A DNA stretch of 58,289 nt, from the NCBI GenBank assembly GCA_040901865.1, contig JBBDYD010000136.1:29912-88200 (forward strand), written 5' to 3'. This stretch comes from Bacteroidota bacterium (GTDB lineage: Bacteria > Bacteroidota > Ignavibacteria > UBA10030). The notes below the pieces were generated by a model, which had not been told where the DNA came from, did not search any database, and saw only the letters and a list, made by a program, of their open reading frames with translations. A program made the translations under genes and the position numbers. Shown here piece after piece: positions 1 through 9,576 of the stretch (its first letter is position 1; every line of letters begins with the position of its first letter).

Positions 1-70
1 GATATTGGATATTGCTGTCATCCGGTAAAAAGAAATATCCAACGCCGAACGTCCAACACCCAATTTCAAA
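1..70. repeat. Truncated copy of a palindromic intergenic repeat element (inverted copy of 56831-56900)
   Basis: Reverse complement of 1-70 matches 56831-56900 at 65 of 70 positions by hand alignment. Internal perfect 9-bp stem TTGGATATT (5-13) / AATATCCAA (34-42). The element runs off the left window edge. Confidence 0.8.
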
Positions 71-90
71 TGAAAAAGTGTGGACAAATC

Positions 91-462
91 CTACCCGTAC
101 CTCTTATCTTCCCTCAGCCCCTCATCCACCGGACGCACCTCGATACTCCCGAACCGCGCCGACGGCCACTTGGAGGCGATGCTGATGGCCTCGTTGAGAT
201 CCCGTGCATTGATCAGGAAGAATCCGCCCAGCGTTTCTTTTGTCTCCGCAAACGGACCGTCCGTAATCGAAAGTTTGCCGCTGCGCACCCGAACCGTGCT
301 GGCTGTTCGGACGCTTTGCAGCGGCTCGGCAGAAATGAGATGACCTTTTTTTTGGAGGTCAGCCACGTAATCCAGAGTTTCCTTTCGAAGGACTTCCCAA
401 TCGGATTTGGACAAAGCATTCAATATGCTTTCTTCCTCGAAAGCCATACAAAGGTATTTCAT
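91..462 (-). CDS. YciI family (DGPF domain) protein
   Basis: 123 aa. ITDGPFAETKE motif typical of YciI/DGPF proteins. AAGGAGA Shine-Dalgarno just upstream of the ATG at 462. Confidence 0.8.
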   Translation of the reverse strand: MKYLCMAFEEESILNALSKSDWEVLRKETLDYVADLQKKGHLISAEPLQSVRTASTVRVRSGKLSITDGPFAETKETLGGFFLINARDLNEAISIASKWPSARFGSIEVRPVDEGLREDKRYG

Positions 463-516
463 TTGTTCTCCTTTGATTCAAAAACCGAAAAACGGCCGGG
501 GCGTCGATGCGTTGAT

Positions 517-903
517 CTACCGCGCCCGCTTTTTCATCCGTACTTCGTTTTCGGACAATCTTGCTTTGACGATTTTTTTGATGAGCGTATCTGGCAGGGG
601 CCTGTCGGGGGTAAACCGGATGGTCGATCCGGAAACATCGAACTTCTTAAACTCCTCTTTGAATTGCGCCTGCAGTTTCCGTGTTGCCGGGAAAATACTG
701 CAGTGGTTCGTGAAGGCCGCAAACGCGATCAGCATTCCATTCTGCTTATAAGTCGGAATCTGGTAACTGATGACCTCTGTCGCTTTTGGTGCTGCCGCCC
801 GGATGCTTTTGCGGAGGTTCTTGAGGGCAGATCGGGCCTCTTTCGGGACGCCGGCAAGGTACTCGTCGACGGTTGCAGGAACGTTTCTCGAGCTCTGTTT
901 CAT
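517..903 (-). CDS. DUF1801 (YdhG-like) domain protein
   Basis: 128 aa. The pattern VDEYL...ISYQIPTYK...FAAFTNHCSIFP resembles the DUF1801 family. ATGA start/stop overlap with the upstream YciI gene. Confidence 0.6.
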   Translation of the reverse strand: MKQSSRNVPATVDEYLAGVPKEARSALKNLRKSIRAAAPKATEVISYQIPTYKQNGMLIAFAAFTNHCSIFPATRKLQAQFKEEFKKFDVSGSTIRFTPDRPLPDTLIKKIVKARLSENEVRMKKRAR

Positions 904-1295
904 CTTTGCGGTTCTCCTTCAGCGATGTGTTTCGAGAGCTCATTGATCTGTTCATCTGCAGGCCGGATCTCCCAGCTTCCGCCCATTTTCACGGAGGGAT
1001 GATTTGACATGAGGCGGATGGCCTGGTCGAGATTCTCTGCCTCGAGGATCATGATTCCGCCCAATTGCTCTTTGGTCTCTGCAAACGGGCCGTCGGTGAT
1101 GGAGACTTTGCCGTTCCGATACCGGATCGTGGTGGCGGTTTTGGAGTTCTGGAGTGCCTCACCGCCTACCATATGCCCGTTCTTGCGCAGTTCGACATCG
1201 TAAACGAGGCACTTCTCGATAAAAGCCTTCTGGTCGGTTTCCGACATTCCATCCCACATTCCTTCTTCAATAAATCCAAGACAGATGTATTTCAT
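900..1295 (-). CDS. YciI family (DGPF domain) protein
   Basis: SITDGPFAETKEQLGG motif. Start placed at internal MKYICLGF (parallel to MKYLCMAF of the 91-462 paralog). The ORF extends to 1340, so the start is uncertain. Confidence 0.75.
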   Translation of the reverse strand: MKYICLGFIEEGMWDGMSETDQKAFIEKCLVYDVELRKNGHMVGGEALQNSKTATTIRYRNGKVSITDGPFAETKEQLGGIMILEAENLDQAIRLMSNHPSVKMGGSWEIRPADEQINELSKHIAEGEPQR

Positions 1296-1453
1296 GAGGG
1301 TCCTTTGCTTCGTCATTCGAAATTCGCCCGCCCCTTCCATGCTTTATTTGGGCCGGGGATATTCGACATTTCTTCTTCGTACTAGCCGAAGTGGTGCAGT
1401 TGTTGTTCGGTCTCCATCCACTCTGATGAAACAATTATTGTTCCCATTTCTTC

Positions 1454-2056
1454 TTAAGCTCCAATAGTACCCGTCTTGACTTTTCCAGCCCGCTTGTAAT
1501 TGGCAAAAATCACACCATTTGGCGTAACCAAACTGTTTATTAATGTAAAGGCCGCAGGAATGGTACCCTCACCAAACAAACGCTTGCCCGCACCGAGCGT
1601 AACTGGGAACGTTTTGAGCCACAGTTCATCGACCAGATCATGTTTGAGTAGTGTCTGAATCAAGTTACCACTGCCGTGAACTTGAATATCAGAACCTTCT
1701 GAATTCTTGAGCTTTTTGATGTCATCGACGCTTTTAAGAAAAACTGAGTTTTGCCAATCTGACTTGTCCATAGTATTACTCATGACATATTTGGTGACAT
1801 CATTGACACCCGGCCAATAGTCTGCATGTTCAGGCCAGTAGGCAGCAAAAATCTCGAATGTTTTCCTGCCCAAAAGAAGATCTGCAGACTTCATTTGTTT
1901 TTCCATGATCTCACCAGCCGCTTTGTCAGCTTCGGCAAAATACGGCGCAGTCCAGCCACCATATTTAAAGCCACCTGACGTATCTTCGTCGGGTCCACCA
2001 GGTGCCTGCATGACCCCGTCTAATGTAATAAATGATAAAACGATTATGTTTCTCAT
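1454..2056 (-). CDS. Dihydrofolate reductase-like (RibD C-terminal domain) protein
   Basis: 200 aa. N-terminus IIVLSFITLDGVMQAPGGP and the C-terminal pattern are typical of the RibD_C/YwjB family. Two hand-counted 60-nt lines gave 24/60 and 21/60 GC, clearly below the neighbours. Confidence 0.7.
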   Translation of the reverse strand: MRNIIVLSFITLDGVMQAPGGPDEDTSGGFKYGGWTAPYFAEADKAAGEIMEKQMKSADLLLGRKTFEIFAAYWPEHADYWPGVNDVTKYVMSNTMDKSDWQNSVFLKSVDDIKKLKNSEGSDIQVHGSGNLIQTLLKHDLVDELWLKTFPVTLGAGKRLFGEGTIPAAFTLINSLVTPNGVIFANYKRAGKVKTGTIGA

Positions 2057-2466
2057 ATTATTTCACTTCCTCTTAATTGGACGTTTCTCTTTACTCTCAT
2101 CCAACCTCCAAGCCAAGTGCACGGCAGTGCCGTGACGGCGAGGAGGATCGGGTACCAATGATGCGGCGTCAGTTCCCAGCTGAAGATGACGCCGGCAGTG
2201 CCTGCGACAGTGCCGACGATCCCGAGGATCACTGCATAACGCATCGGCCGGTCAGGGGCAAGCCACGCGGTGACATATCCTCCGGCAACGGTGTACATAC
2301 AACGATAGACCAGCGCCCAAAAAAGCATGAACCCCGTGTAGGCGGCCGGATCCGTCTGCGGCGGAAAGATCCCGGCCGAGTCAAGAATGAAATCCGTCAC
2401 GACCGACAAAACGACGACCGTGACAAACCCGGCCAGAACAGCTCCAACGCTCTTCAAAGTATGCAT
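2053..2466 (-). CDS. Small integral membrane protein, unknown function
   Basis: About four hydrophobic helices. Start moved to MHTLKS, which is preceded by AGGAGA. 4-bp overlap with the downstream gene. Confidence 0.55.
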   Translation of the reverse strand: MHTLKSVGAVLAGFVTVVVLSVVTDFILDSAGIFPPQTDPAAYTGFMLFWALVYRCMYTVAGGYVTAWLAPDRPMRYAVILGIVGTVAGTAGVIFSWELTPHHWYPILLAVTALPCTWLGGWMRVKRNVQLRGSEII

Positions 2467-2517
2467 TTTATTCTCTCCTGCTGATCGTGACATTGGATTG
2501 TGAAACGTCCAAGGGGT

Positions 2518-3087
2518 TCATGATGATCTTTTGTAATTCAGACAAACAACACCTGAAGGGAAAGTATGGCTTGAGATCAAGGTTACGTGTGATACTTCGT
2601 TGATGTTCCTGAACAACGGAATTCCCCTTCCCAGTAGTATCGGATTGACAAACAGCCAGTACTCGTCGATCAGGTCCAGTTGCATCAGTGAATGTGCCGC
2701 ACCGGGACTGCCAAACATAATGATGTCTTTCCCTTTGCGGTTTTTCAGATCATTGATCTTCTTCAAAAGGTCATTATGGATGATGGTTGTTCGGGGCAAA
2801 CTCCGTCCCTGCAGTGACTTCGACAAGACAACTTTGTCAACATTGTTGTACCAACGCGAATGCTCAACGTCATGCCGGGTGGCATTTGGTTGATCCGCGG
2901 CTGTTGGCCAGTATCCCTCCATCATTTCATAGGTGACGCGGCCGTAAAGTGCCGTATCAGCCGCATTCGTTCGCCGGCCGGCAAAATCAAAGATCTCTTC
3001 CTCGACATGAATCCAATCCATTTCGCCATTTGGTCCCGCCACAAAACCGTCGAGCGACGCGTGCATGAACAAAACAAGTTTTCTCAT
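2518..3087 (-). CDS. Dihydrofolate reductase-like (RibD C-terminal domain) protein
   Basis: 189 aa. MRKLVLFMHASLDGFVAGPNGEMDW... is a typical RibD_C family N-terminus. Confidence 0.7.
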   Translation of the reverse strand: MRKLVLFMHASLDGFVAGPNGEMDWIHVEEEIFDFAGRRTNAADTALYGRVTYEMMEGYWPTAADQPNATRHDVEHSRWYNNVDKVVLSKSLQGRSLPRTTIIHNDLLKKINDLKNRKGKDIIMFGSPGAAHSLMQLDLIDEYWLFVNPILLGRGIPLFRNINEVSHVTLISSHTFPSGVVCLNYKRSS

Positions 3088-3137
3088 TTTTTTATCTCCT
3101 GACCTGCCGAAGAAATGCCCCTAAAGAGGCACCGTGC

Positions 3138-3554
3138 TTAGCTGATCTTCCGGGATTCAAGAGTGTGGAATCGATCTATCGATTCACTTTTGCCGAAATC
3201 CTCGAGTTCGAACAGTTGCCGGACTTCGATCTCGCAATCTCTTCCGTCACCGACAGGGTTGGGGAACCGCTTCGACCAATCCAGCGCTTCCTGCTTCGAA
3301 TTCACTTTGATGATGGTGTAGCCGGCGATGAGTTCTTTTATCTCTGTGAAAGGGCCATCCGTGACAACCCGTTTGGTTCCGGAGTACTTGATTCGCCAAC
3401 CCTTGGAACTTGCCTGAAGACCCGAGGCGTCGACGAGGACGCCGGCTTTTGCCAATTCTTCGTGGTAGGCGGCCATTTCTGCGAAGCGTTTCTCCTCGGG
3501 CATGGCACCCGCTTCTGAATCTTCCGAGGCTTTCACGACGATCATGAATCGCAT
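3138..3554 (-). CDS. YciI family (DGPF domain) protein
   Basis: 138 aa. VTDGPFTEIKELIAGY motif. AGGAGA RBS upstream. Confidence 0.8.
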   Translation of the reverse strand: MRFMIVVKASEDSEAGAMPEEKRFAEMAAYHEELAKAGVLVDASGLQASSKGWRIKYSGTKRVVTDGPFTEIKELIAGYTIIKVNSKQEALDWSKRFPNPVGDGRDCEIEVRQLFELEDFGKSESIDRFHTLESRKIS

Positions 3555-3569
3555 AGGATCATCTCCTGA

Positions 3570-3596
3570 CTGTTTACTGTTCTCTGTTTACTGTTC
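3570..3596. repeat. Direct repeat CTGTTTACTGTTC x2 (14-nt period, two heptads per unit)
   Basis: Identical 13-mers at 3570-3582 and 3584-3596, immediately upstream of the YciI gene RBS on the minus strand. Confidence 0.85.
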
Positions 3597-3791
3597 CTCA
3601 TGAATCTCATGTGCTAAGTTGTCGTTCGCAGGCCGTCAAAATCGACAGCCCAAAGCCTCATTATTTTGTTGATGAAAATCACGAAATTGGATCAAAACAG
3701 GAGAATTCATGGTTTTTTGAAAGGACAATCGATCTAACAAAAGAAAGATGTGAAACCAGGTTGGTGATAGGCTGAGTTCAGACGGAGGGAT

Positions 3792-5048
3792 CTAGTGCTT
3801 CAACCCCGCCATCCTTCCCTCCAAAAACCTCCGCTCCGGCTCCTGCTGTGTAAGGGATAGGGCTTTCTCGTAGGAGGCTCGCGCGTCCGCGGTTTTTCCA
3901 AGCCGGCGACATAATTCCGCTCGTGCAGAATGCGCAAGGTGATAATCAGCCAGGTTACCACGTGCGAAAATGGCATCAATCAGGTCAAGCCCGGCTTGAG
4001 GTCCGTCACGCATCGCTATGGCAACGGCGCGATTAAGATCGATCACAGGCGACGGTTCCGCCTGCAGGAGCAGATCATACAATCCCACAATCTGCACCCA
4101 ATCCGTCTTATCGGCGGTCTCCGCTTCTGCATGAACAGCCGCAATGGCCGCCTGAATTGTGTAAGGCCCAAAACGCCGCGACGCAAGCGCACGTTCAACG
4201 AGACCAATCCCCTCCTTAATTCGCTCACGGTCCCAGAGCCCTCGATCCTGATCCTCAAGCAATATCAGATCTCCGTCAGCCGATGTTCGTGCCGCGCGGC
4301 GTGATTCCTGCAACAACATGAGCCCAAGCAATCCAAGCACCTCCGGTTCGGGGAGCAATTCCGTCAATAACCGTCCAAGGCGGATTGCCTCTTCGGAAAT
4401 ATCCGATCGCGTCAGGGATTGGCCGGATGTTGCAGAATATCCCTCGTTGAAGACCAGGTAAATGACCTGAAGGACCGTGTCGAGACGACCGGGGAGTTCG
4501 GATTGCGACGGTACCTGATACGGAATGCGTGCATCGCGGATTTTCGACTTAGCGCGAACAATGCGTTGGGCGAGCGTGGGCGGAGTCGTCAGGAACGCAC
4601 GGGCGATCTCTTCAGTCGTGAGTCCGCAGACTTCGCGGAGGGTGAGGGCAACACGCGCTTCGGGTGATAACGCCGGGTGACAGCAGGTGAAGATCAGGCG
4701 GAGCTGATCGTCCCCGACGGGATCGTCGATCCGGTCGGCGGGATCTTCGAACTCTGACGCAAGCTGATCGGCAACCGTCTCGAGCGAAGAGTCGAACCGC
4801 GCCCGTCTCCGGATGCCGTCGATGGCTTTGAACCGGCCCGTGGACACCAGCCAGGCACGCGGATTCGCCGGGATGCCTTCGTTGGGCCATTGTTCGGCCG
4901 CAGCGGCAAAGGCGTCATGCAGAGCATCCTCCGCAACGTCAAAGTCGCCCAGGAGGCGGATAAGCGTCGCCAGGATCCGACGTGATTCCGAGGTATACAG
5001 CCGGTCGAGAAGGCTTGCGACATCGCCTGATCCCAAGGGCGTTTCCAT
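3792..5048 (-). CDS. ECF-type RNA polymerase sigma-70 family factor with long C-terminal extension
   Basis: 418 aa. Region 2-like segment LHDAFAAAAEQWP. Region 4-like segment LTLREVCGLTTEEIARAF. A helical C-terminal extension of about 200 aa. This sigma type is classically encoded next to YciI/DGPF genes. Confidence 0.8.
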   Translation of the reverse strand: METPLGSGDVASLLDRLYTSESRRILATLIRLLGDFDVAEDALHDAFAAAAEQWPNEGIPANPRAWLVSTGRFKAIDGIRRRARFDSSLETVADQLASEFEDPADRIDDPVGDDQLRLIFTCCHPALSPEARVALTLREVCGLTTEEIARAFLTTPPTLAQRIVRAKSKIRDARIPYQVPSQSELPGRLDTVLQVIYLVFNEGYSATSGQSLTRSDISEEAIRLGRLLTELLPEPEVLGLLGLMLLQESRRAARTSADGDLILLEDQDRGLWDRERIKEGIGLVERALASRRFGPYTIQAAIAAVHAEAETADKTDWVQIVGLYDLLLQAEPSPVIDLNRAVAIAMRDGPQAGLDLIDAIFARGNLADYHLAHSARAELCRRLGKTADARASYEKALSLTQQEPERRFLEGRMAGLKH

Positions 5049-5182
5049 TCAAAAAAGGGCATTAGTAAGAATGATTCCGAGCAATCTCCTTTGAAAATAG
5101 CTTTATTTCCGCAAAATCAAAAAGCCGTCTTTTTATGAGTTCCTTTTCGCTTGACATTGTAGGATGGGATAACCATTTTAGC

Positions 5183-5196
5183 GATAAAGTTATCGG
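5183..5196. promoter_or_regulatory. Candidate operator palindrome CGATAA-AG-TTATCG
   Basis: 6+6 perfect inverted repeat, 22 nt upstream of the GTG start of the first pectinase gene. No second copy was found elsewhere in the window. Confidence 0.2.
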
Positions 5197-5217
5197 TTAA
5201 GTAAAAATGAGGTTTCA

Positions 5218-6756
5218 GTGCCCTCCCTTTCGAAAAAGTGCCTCGGCCGATACCTTGCCGTCTTGTTCTTCATCTTCATAATAGTCCAGATTCAAGCTCG
5301 TGCGACTCAGTATTTTGTCGCTCCCACCGGAAACGATTTGAACGCTGGAACGATGGATTCTCCGTTTGCCACAATCACAAAAGCTCAGTCGGTCATGGTC
5401 GCCGGTGACACCACCTACGTGCGTGGAGGACTCTACGCGCTTGGTGCTACTATCACATTGAACAAGAGCGGCACGGCGGGGAATCGCCTCAACCTGTTCG
5501 CGTATGCCGGTGAACGCCCAGTCCTTGATTTTTCGCAAATGGTTGTGGGACCAAGCAACAGAGGTATTCGTCTCCAAGGTTGGTACTGGACTATTCGCGG
5601 ACTCGACATCAAGGGTGCCGGTGATAATGGAATGCAGATTGACAACGGAGCTTACAGTGTTGTCGAACATTGCGCATTCTATGAGAATCGAGACACAGGG
5701 TTACAACTCAGCAACGGTGCAGCATACAATGAAATCATCAATTGTGATTCCTACAATAATGCTGACACTGCTCAGGGAAACGCCGACGGGTTTGCTCCGA
5801 AACTGGACGTGGGAACCGGAAATTATTTTTTCGGCTGCCGTGCTTGGAACAACTCCGATGACGGATTTGACGGATATATGCGCGGTGCGGACAGCGTCGT
5901 CACGGTGATGGAAAACTGCTGGATTTTCAGTAACGGATATCTGGCCAACGGCACGGCGAGCAGCGGAAACGGAAATGGGTTCAAGATGGGGGGGATGGAT
6001 TTGCTTACCGACAGTCTGCGTCATAACATAACGCTTATCAATTGTCTCGCCTTTGATAATCGCGTCAAGGGATTCGATCAGAACAACAATCGAGGCTCGA
6101 TGACCCTGCTCAATTGTACGGGCTATCGGAACGGAACGAACTTCTCGATTCCCGGGCCTCTCAAAAGCGGCTCGGTCGCAACTATAACGAACGGGCTGGT
6201 TTTGGGCTCTGCAGGCAGTCTTGCAGCTCATGTCGTCCAAACGACTAACAGCTGGATGCCGCAATTCACTGTGACCAGCGGGGACTTCTTGAATATTGAC
6301 ACTACGGGGGTGCGGGGTCCCAGGCAACCGGACGGGAGCCTCCCCGACTTGGGCTTTATGCACCTTGCCCAGGGGAGCCCGCTCATCAACGCCGGGACTG
6401 ATGTCGGTCATCCGTTCAACGGGAGCGGGCCTGATCTCGGGTGCTTCGAAAGCGATTTCCCGGTGTCAGTGCAGAATCCCCACACGTCTCCCCTCGCCTT
6501 CACCCTTCATCAAAACTACCCGAATCCCTTCAACCCGAACACCACGATCACCTTCAGCATTCTCCAACCCGCAATGACCTCGCTGAAGATCTATGACATT
6601 CTGGGTCGGGAAATGGCCACACTGGTGCATCGGGAACTGACCCCGGGGCCGTACGAATTCATGTGGGACGGACAGGGACACTCGAGCGGAACGTATGTAT
6701 ACAGACTTGTCTCCGGTTCAGATGTGCAATCCAACACCATGACCTTAATGAAGTAA
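5218..6756 (+). CDS. Secreted parallel beta-helix pectate lyase-like protein (PL9-like) with T9SS C-terminal sorting domain
   Basis: Signal peptide. YFVAPTGNDLNAG..SPFATI (DUF1565-like N-terminus). Repeated beta-helix turns with NADGF and NNSDDGFDGY. C-terminus QNYPNPFNPNTTITF...GTYVYRL. GTG start preceded by GAGG. Confidence 0.7.
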   Translation: MPSLSKKCLGRYLAVLFFIFIIVQIQARATQYFVAPTGNDLNAGTMDSPFATITKAQSVMVAGDTTYVRGGLYALGATITLNKSGTAGNRLNLFAYAGERPVLDFSQMVVGPSNRGIRLQGWYWTIRGLDIKGAGDNGMQIDNGAYSVVEHCAFYENRDTGLQLSNGAAYNEIINCDSYNNADTAQGNADGFAPKLDVGTGNYFFGCRAWNNSDDGFDGYMRGADSVVTVMENCWIFSNGYLANGTASSGNGNGFKMGGMDLLTDSLRHNITLINCLAFDNRVKGFDQNNNRGSMTLLNCTGYRNGTNFSIPGPLKSGSVATITNGLVLGSAGSLAAHVVQTTNSWMPQFTVTSGDFLNIDTTGVRGPRQPDGSLPDLGFMHLAQGSPLINAGTDVGHPFNGSGPDLGCFESDFPVSVQNPHTSPLAFTLHQNYPNPFNPNTTITFSILQPAMTSLKIYDILGREMATLVHRELTPGPYEFMWDGQGHSSGTYVYRLVSGSDVQSNTMTLMK

Positions 6757-8141
6757 TGAATCCGCGAAGGACAATATATGTCATCGCTGCGCTGCTTCTT
6801 GGCGGCACTCAAGTTTCCTGTTCTGCCCAGGTTGTGGCGTTTCCCGGCGCGGAGGGATTTGGCCGATATACATCGGGCGGGCGGGGCGGACGCGTGATCG
6901 CGGTGACCAACCTGAACGACAACGGACCCGGGAGTCTGCGCAATGCTTTGAAGGAAAGCGGGCCCCGCACGATCGTCTTCCGCGTCTCCGGAACCATCGC
7001 CTTGAAATCCGATCTCATGATTGACAAGGGCGATGTAACCGTTGCCGGACAGACGGCCCCGGGAGACGGAATCTGCATCAGGGACTACAAGACGCAAGTC
7101 AGCGCAACGAACGTGATTATCCGGTTCCTTCGTTTTCGCCTGGGCGACGAATCGGCCCATCCGGAAGACCCTTTCACAGTGATGGGTTCCAGGAACGTTA
7201 TCATCGATCATTGTTCGATGAGCTGGGGGATCGACGAAAGCGGCTCGTTCTATGACAACGAGGATTTTACGCTCCAATGGTCCATCATCAGCGAAAGCTT
7301 GTACAATTCACATCACCCCAAAGGTCCTCACGGATACGGAGGGATCTGGGGCGGCGCACAGGCTTCGTTCCTGTATAATCTTCTCGCGCATCATTCGAGC
7401 AGGAATCCCCGGTTCAACGGCGATCGGACCGCGAAGGTTCAAGGACGGGAATTCGTCGAGTTCAGAAACAACGCTGTGTACAATTGGGGGTTCAAGTGTG
7501 CCTACGGCGGTGAACGCGGACATCAGGACATCATTGCGAATTACTTCAAGCCCGGACCGGCGTCGGTAAACAACGACCGGTTCCTCGAACCGTGGGACGG
7601 AGACGGCAAGTGGTTTCTCAGCGGCAACGTCGTCGAGGGTTCACCGAACATCGCTTCCGACAACTGGGCCGGCGCAGGGGGTGACTATATCGGGGACGGC
7701 CGTGTTGACACTCCGTTTATTTCAAACGCATCGGCCCGGCCGGCAACGCAGGCGTTTGATGCGATTCTCAGATTCTCCGGTGCGATCCTTCCGCAACGGG
7801 ATGTTGTCGATCAGCGGATCGTGAAAGAGGCCGGAAGCGGGACAGCGACGTTCGGTGGAACATCGTATGCGAAGGACCACAAAGTGAAGTCTCCGCTGCC
7901 GCTCGGGATCATTGATTCTCAGGCGGAAGTCGGCGGATGGCCCGAGCTCAGGAGTGTGGAACCTCCCGTTGATTCGGACGAAGACGGAATTCCGGACGCG
8001 TGGGAATCGGCCAACGGCCTGAATCCCCGGGAAGCCCTCGATGGCAGAGAATTGGCCAAATCCGGTTATTCTCACTTGGAAGTGTACCTGAACAGCCTCG
8101 CCGCCGGAAAGTGGCTCGATCCCACCTCTATTAAAGAGTAA
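6756..8141 (+). CDS. Pectate lyase, PL1 family
   Basis: AFPGAEGFGRYTSGGRGGRVIAVTNLNDNGPGSLR and AGQTAPGDGICI are typical PL1 motifs. Start moved to MNPRR, which is followed by a signal peptide. TAATG overlap with the upstream gene. Confidence 0.85.
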   Translation: MNPRRTIYVIAALLLGGTQVSCSAQVVAFPGAEGFGRYTSGGRGGRVIAVTNLNDNGPGSLRNALKESGPRTIVFRVSGTIALKSDLMIDKGDVTVAGQTAPGDGICIRDYKTQVSATNVIIRFLRFRLGDESAHPEDPFTVMGSRNVIIDHCSMSWGIDESGSFYDNEDFTLQWSIISESLYNSHHPKGPHGYGGIWGGAQASFLYNLLAHHSSRNPRFNGDRTAKVQGREFVEFRNNAVYNWGFKCAYGGERGHQDIIANYFKPGPASVNNDRFLEPWDGDGKWFLSGNVVEGSPNIASDNWAGAGGDYIGDGRVDTPFISNASARPATQAFDAILRFSGAILPQRDVVDQRIVKEAGSGTATFGGTSYAKDHKVKSPLPLGIIDSQAEVGGWPELRSVEPPVDSDEDGIPDAWESANGLNPREALDGRELAKSGYSHLEVYLNSLAAGKWLDPTSIKE

Positions 8142-8147
8142 ACGATC

Positions 8148-9557
8148 ATGAACTGCCGGAAACAATCCATCCTCCCCATTCTCCTCCTGGCGGCAGTGGC
8201 TTTACTCAGCTGTTCTGCCCAAACGGCTTCGACACAAGCGATTGAAGGATGGGCCGCTCTGCCGGGGATCCTGAAATCCATTCAGGCCCCTGTCTTTCCC
8301 GATCGCGATTTCAACATAACGCACTACGGCGCCAAAGGCGACGGGACCGCGGATTGCACCGAAGCGATCAGAAAAGCCATCGATGCGTGCAATGCGGTGG
8401 GCGGCGGAAGGGTGGTCGTGGCGGGCGGTGTATATCTCACGGGGGCGATCCACCTGAAGAGCAACGTCAATCTATACGTGGCAAAGGACGCAACGCTCCG
8501 ATTCAGCACAAACCCTCAACACTATCTTCCCGTTGTCTACACGCGCTGGGAAGGCGTCGAATGCATGAACTACTCTCCGCTGATCTACGCCTACCGGCAG
8601 GAAAATATTGCCGTGACGGGAGAGGGAACGCTCGACGGTCAGGGCTCAACCAGTCATTGGTGGTGGTGGAAGGGTGGAGAGAAGAACGGCTGGAAAAAGG
8701 GGATGCCCCAGCAGAAACGCGACCGGGACTCGCTGTTCGCCATGGGCGAACGCGGCGTGCCGGTGGCACAGAGAGTCTTCGGCGAAGGCCATTATCTCAG
8801 GCCCAGCTTCTTTCAGCCCTACGAGTGCAAAAACATTCTCGTGCAGGGCGTGACCTTCGAAGATTCTCCGATGTGGTTCCTTCATCCCGTGCTCTCCGAA
8901 AACATCTCCGTCCTCAATGTCACCGTCAAAGGCCTGGGCCCCAACAACGACGGATGCAATCCCGAATCTTCAAAGAACGTCCTGATCAAGGGGTGCTATT
9001 TTGACACCGGCGACGACTGCATCGCGATTAAATCCGGCCGCAATGCGGACGGAAGGCGGGTCGGGGTTCCGAGCGAGAACATTGTGATTCAGGATTGCCA
9101 GATGAAAGACGGTCATGGCGGTGTGGTGATGGGAAGCGAGATGTCGGGCGGAGTGAGGAATGTGTATGCCGAACGGTGCACGATGGACAGCCCGAATCTC
9201 GACCGGGCATTGCGCATCAAAACTAATTCCGTCCGGGGCGGATTCGTTGAGAACGTCTTTATGAGAGATGTGGAAGTGGGGGAGGTCGCTCACGCGGTCA
9301 TCAAGATCAACTTCTTTTATGAAGAGGGGGACGCCGGTAAATTTCCCCCGGTCGTTCGGAATATCCACGTGAAGAATGTGAAGAGCAAAAAAAGCCCGTA
9401 CGCGCTTTGGATCAGAACCTATGACCATTCTCCCGCCACGGGGATCTTCATCGAAGATTGCGAATTCGAGAATGTGGCAAATCCGAATGTGATCGAGAAT
9501 GTGAAGGATTTGAAGTTCACCAACGTCCGGATCAACGGCAAGCCGGTGTCGAACTGA
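8148..9557 (+). CDS. Glycoside hydrolase family 28 (polygalacturonase / exo-poly-alpha-galacturonosidase)
   Basis: YGAKGDGTADCTEAIRKAID, NNDGCNPES, GDDCIAIKSG and GHGGVVMGSE are GH28 signature blocks. Signal peptide present. Confidence 0.9.
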   Translation: MNCRKQSILPILLLAAVALLSCSAQTASTQAIEGWAALPGILKSIQAPVFPDRDFNITHYGAKGDGTADCTEAIRKAIDACNAVGGGRVVVAGGVYLTGAIHLKSNVNLYVAKDATLRFSTNPQHYLPVVYTRWEGVECMNYSPLIYAYRQENIAVTGEGTLDGQGSTSHWWWWKGGEKNGWKKGMPQQKRDRDSLFAMGERGVPVAQRVFGEGHYLRPSFFQPYECKNILVQGVTFEDSPMWFLHPVLSENISVLNVTVKGLGPNNDGCNPESSKNVLIKGCYFDTGDDCIAIKSGRNADGRRVGVPSENIVIQDCQMKDGHGGVVMGSEMSGGVRNVYAERCTMDSPNLDRALRIKTNSVRGGFVENVFMRDVEVGEVAHAVIKINFFYEEGDAGKFPPVVRNIHVKNVKSKKSPYALWIRTYDHSPATGIFIEDCEFENVANPNVIENVKDLKFTNVRINGKPVSN

Positions 9558-9576
9558 CCGGCAGAGTATCCTCAAC

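Noticed and set aside
70-1002. 310-aa plus-strand ORF
   Set aside because: It lies antisense to three well-supported minus-strand genes (YciI, DUF1801, YciI). It has no recognisable motif and an Arg/Pro-rich shadow-frame composition.
5152-5180. TTGACA -35-like hexamer upstream of the pectinase operon
   Set aside because: No convincing -10 hexamer lies at 16-19 nt spacing (CATTTT/ATTTTA). The promoter consensus for this lineage is also unknown, so it is not reported as a feature.
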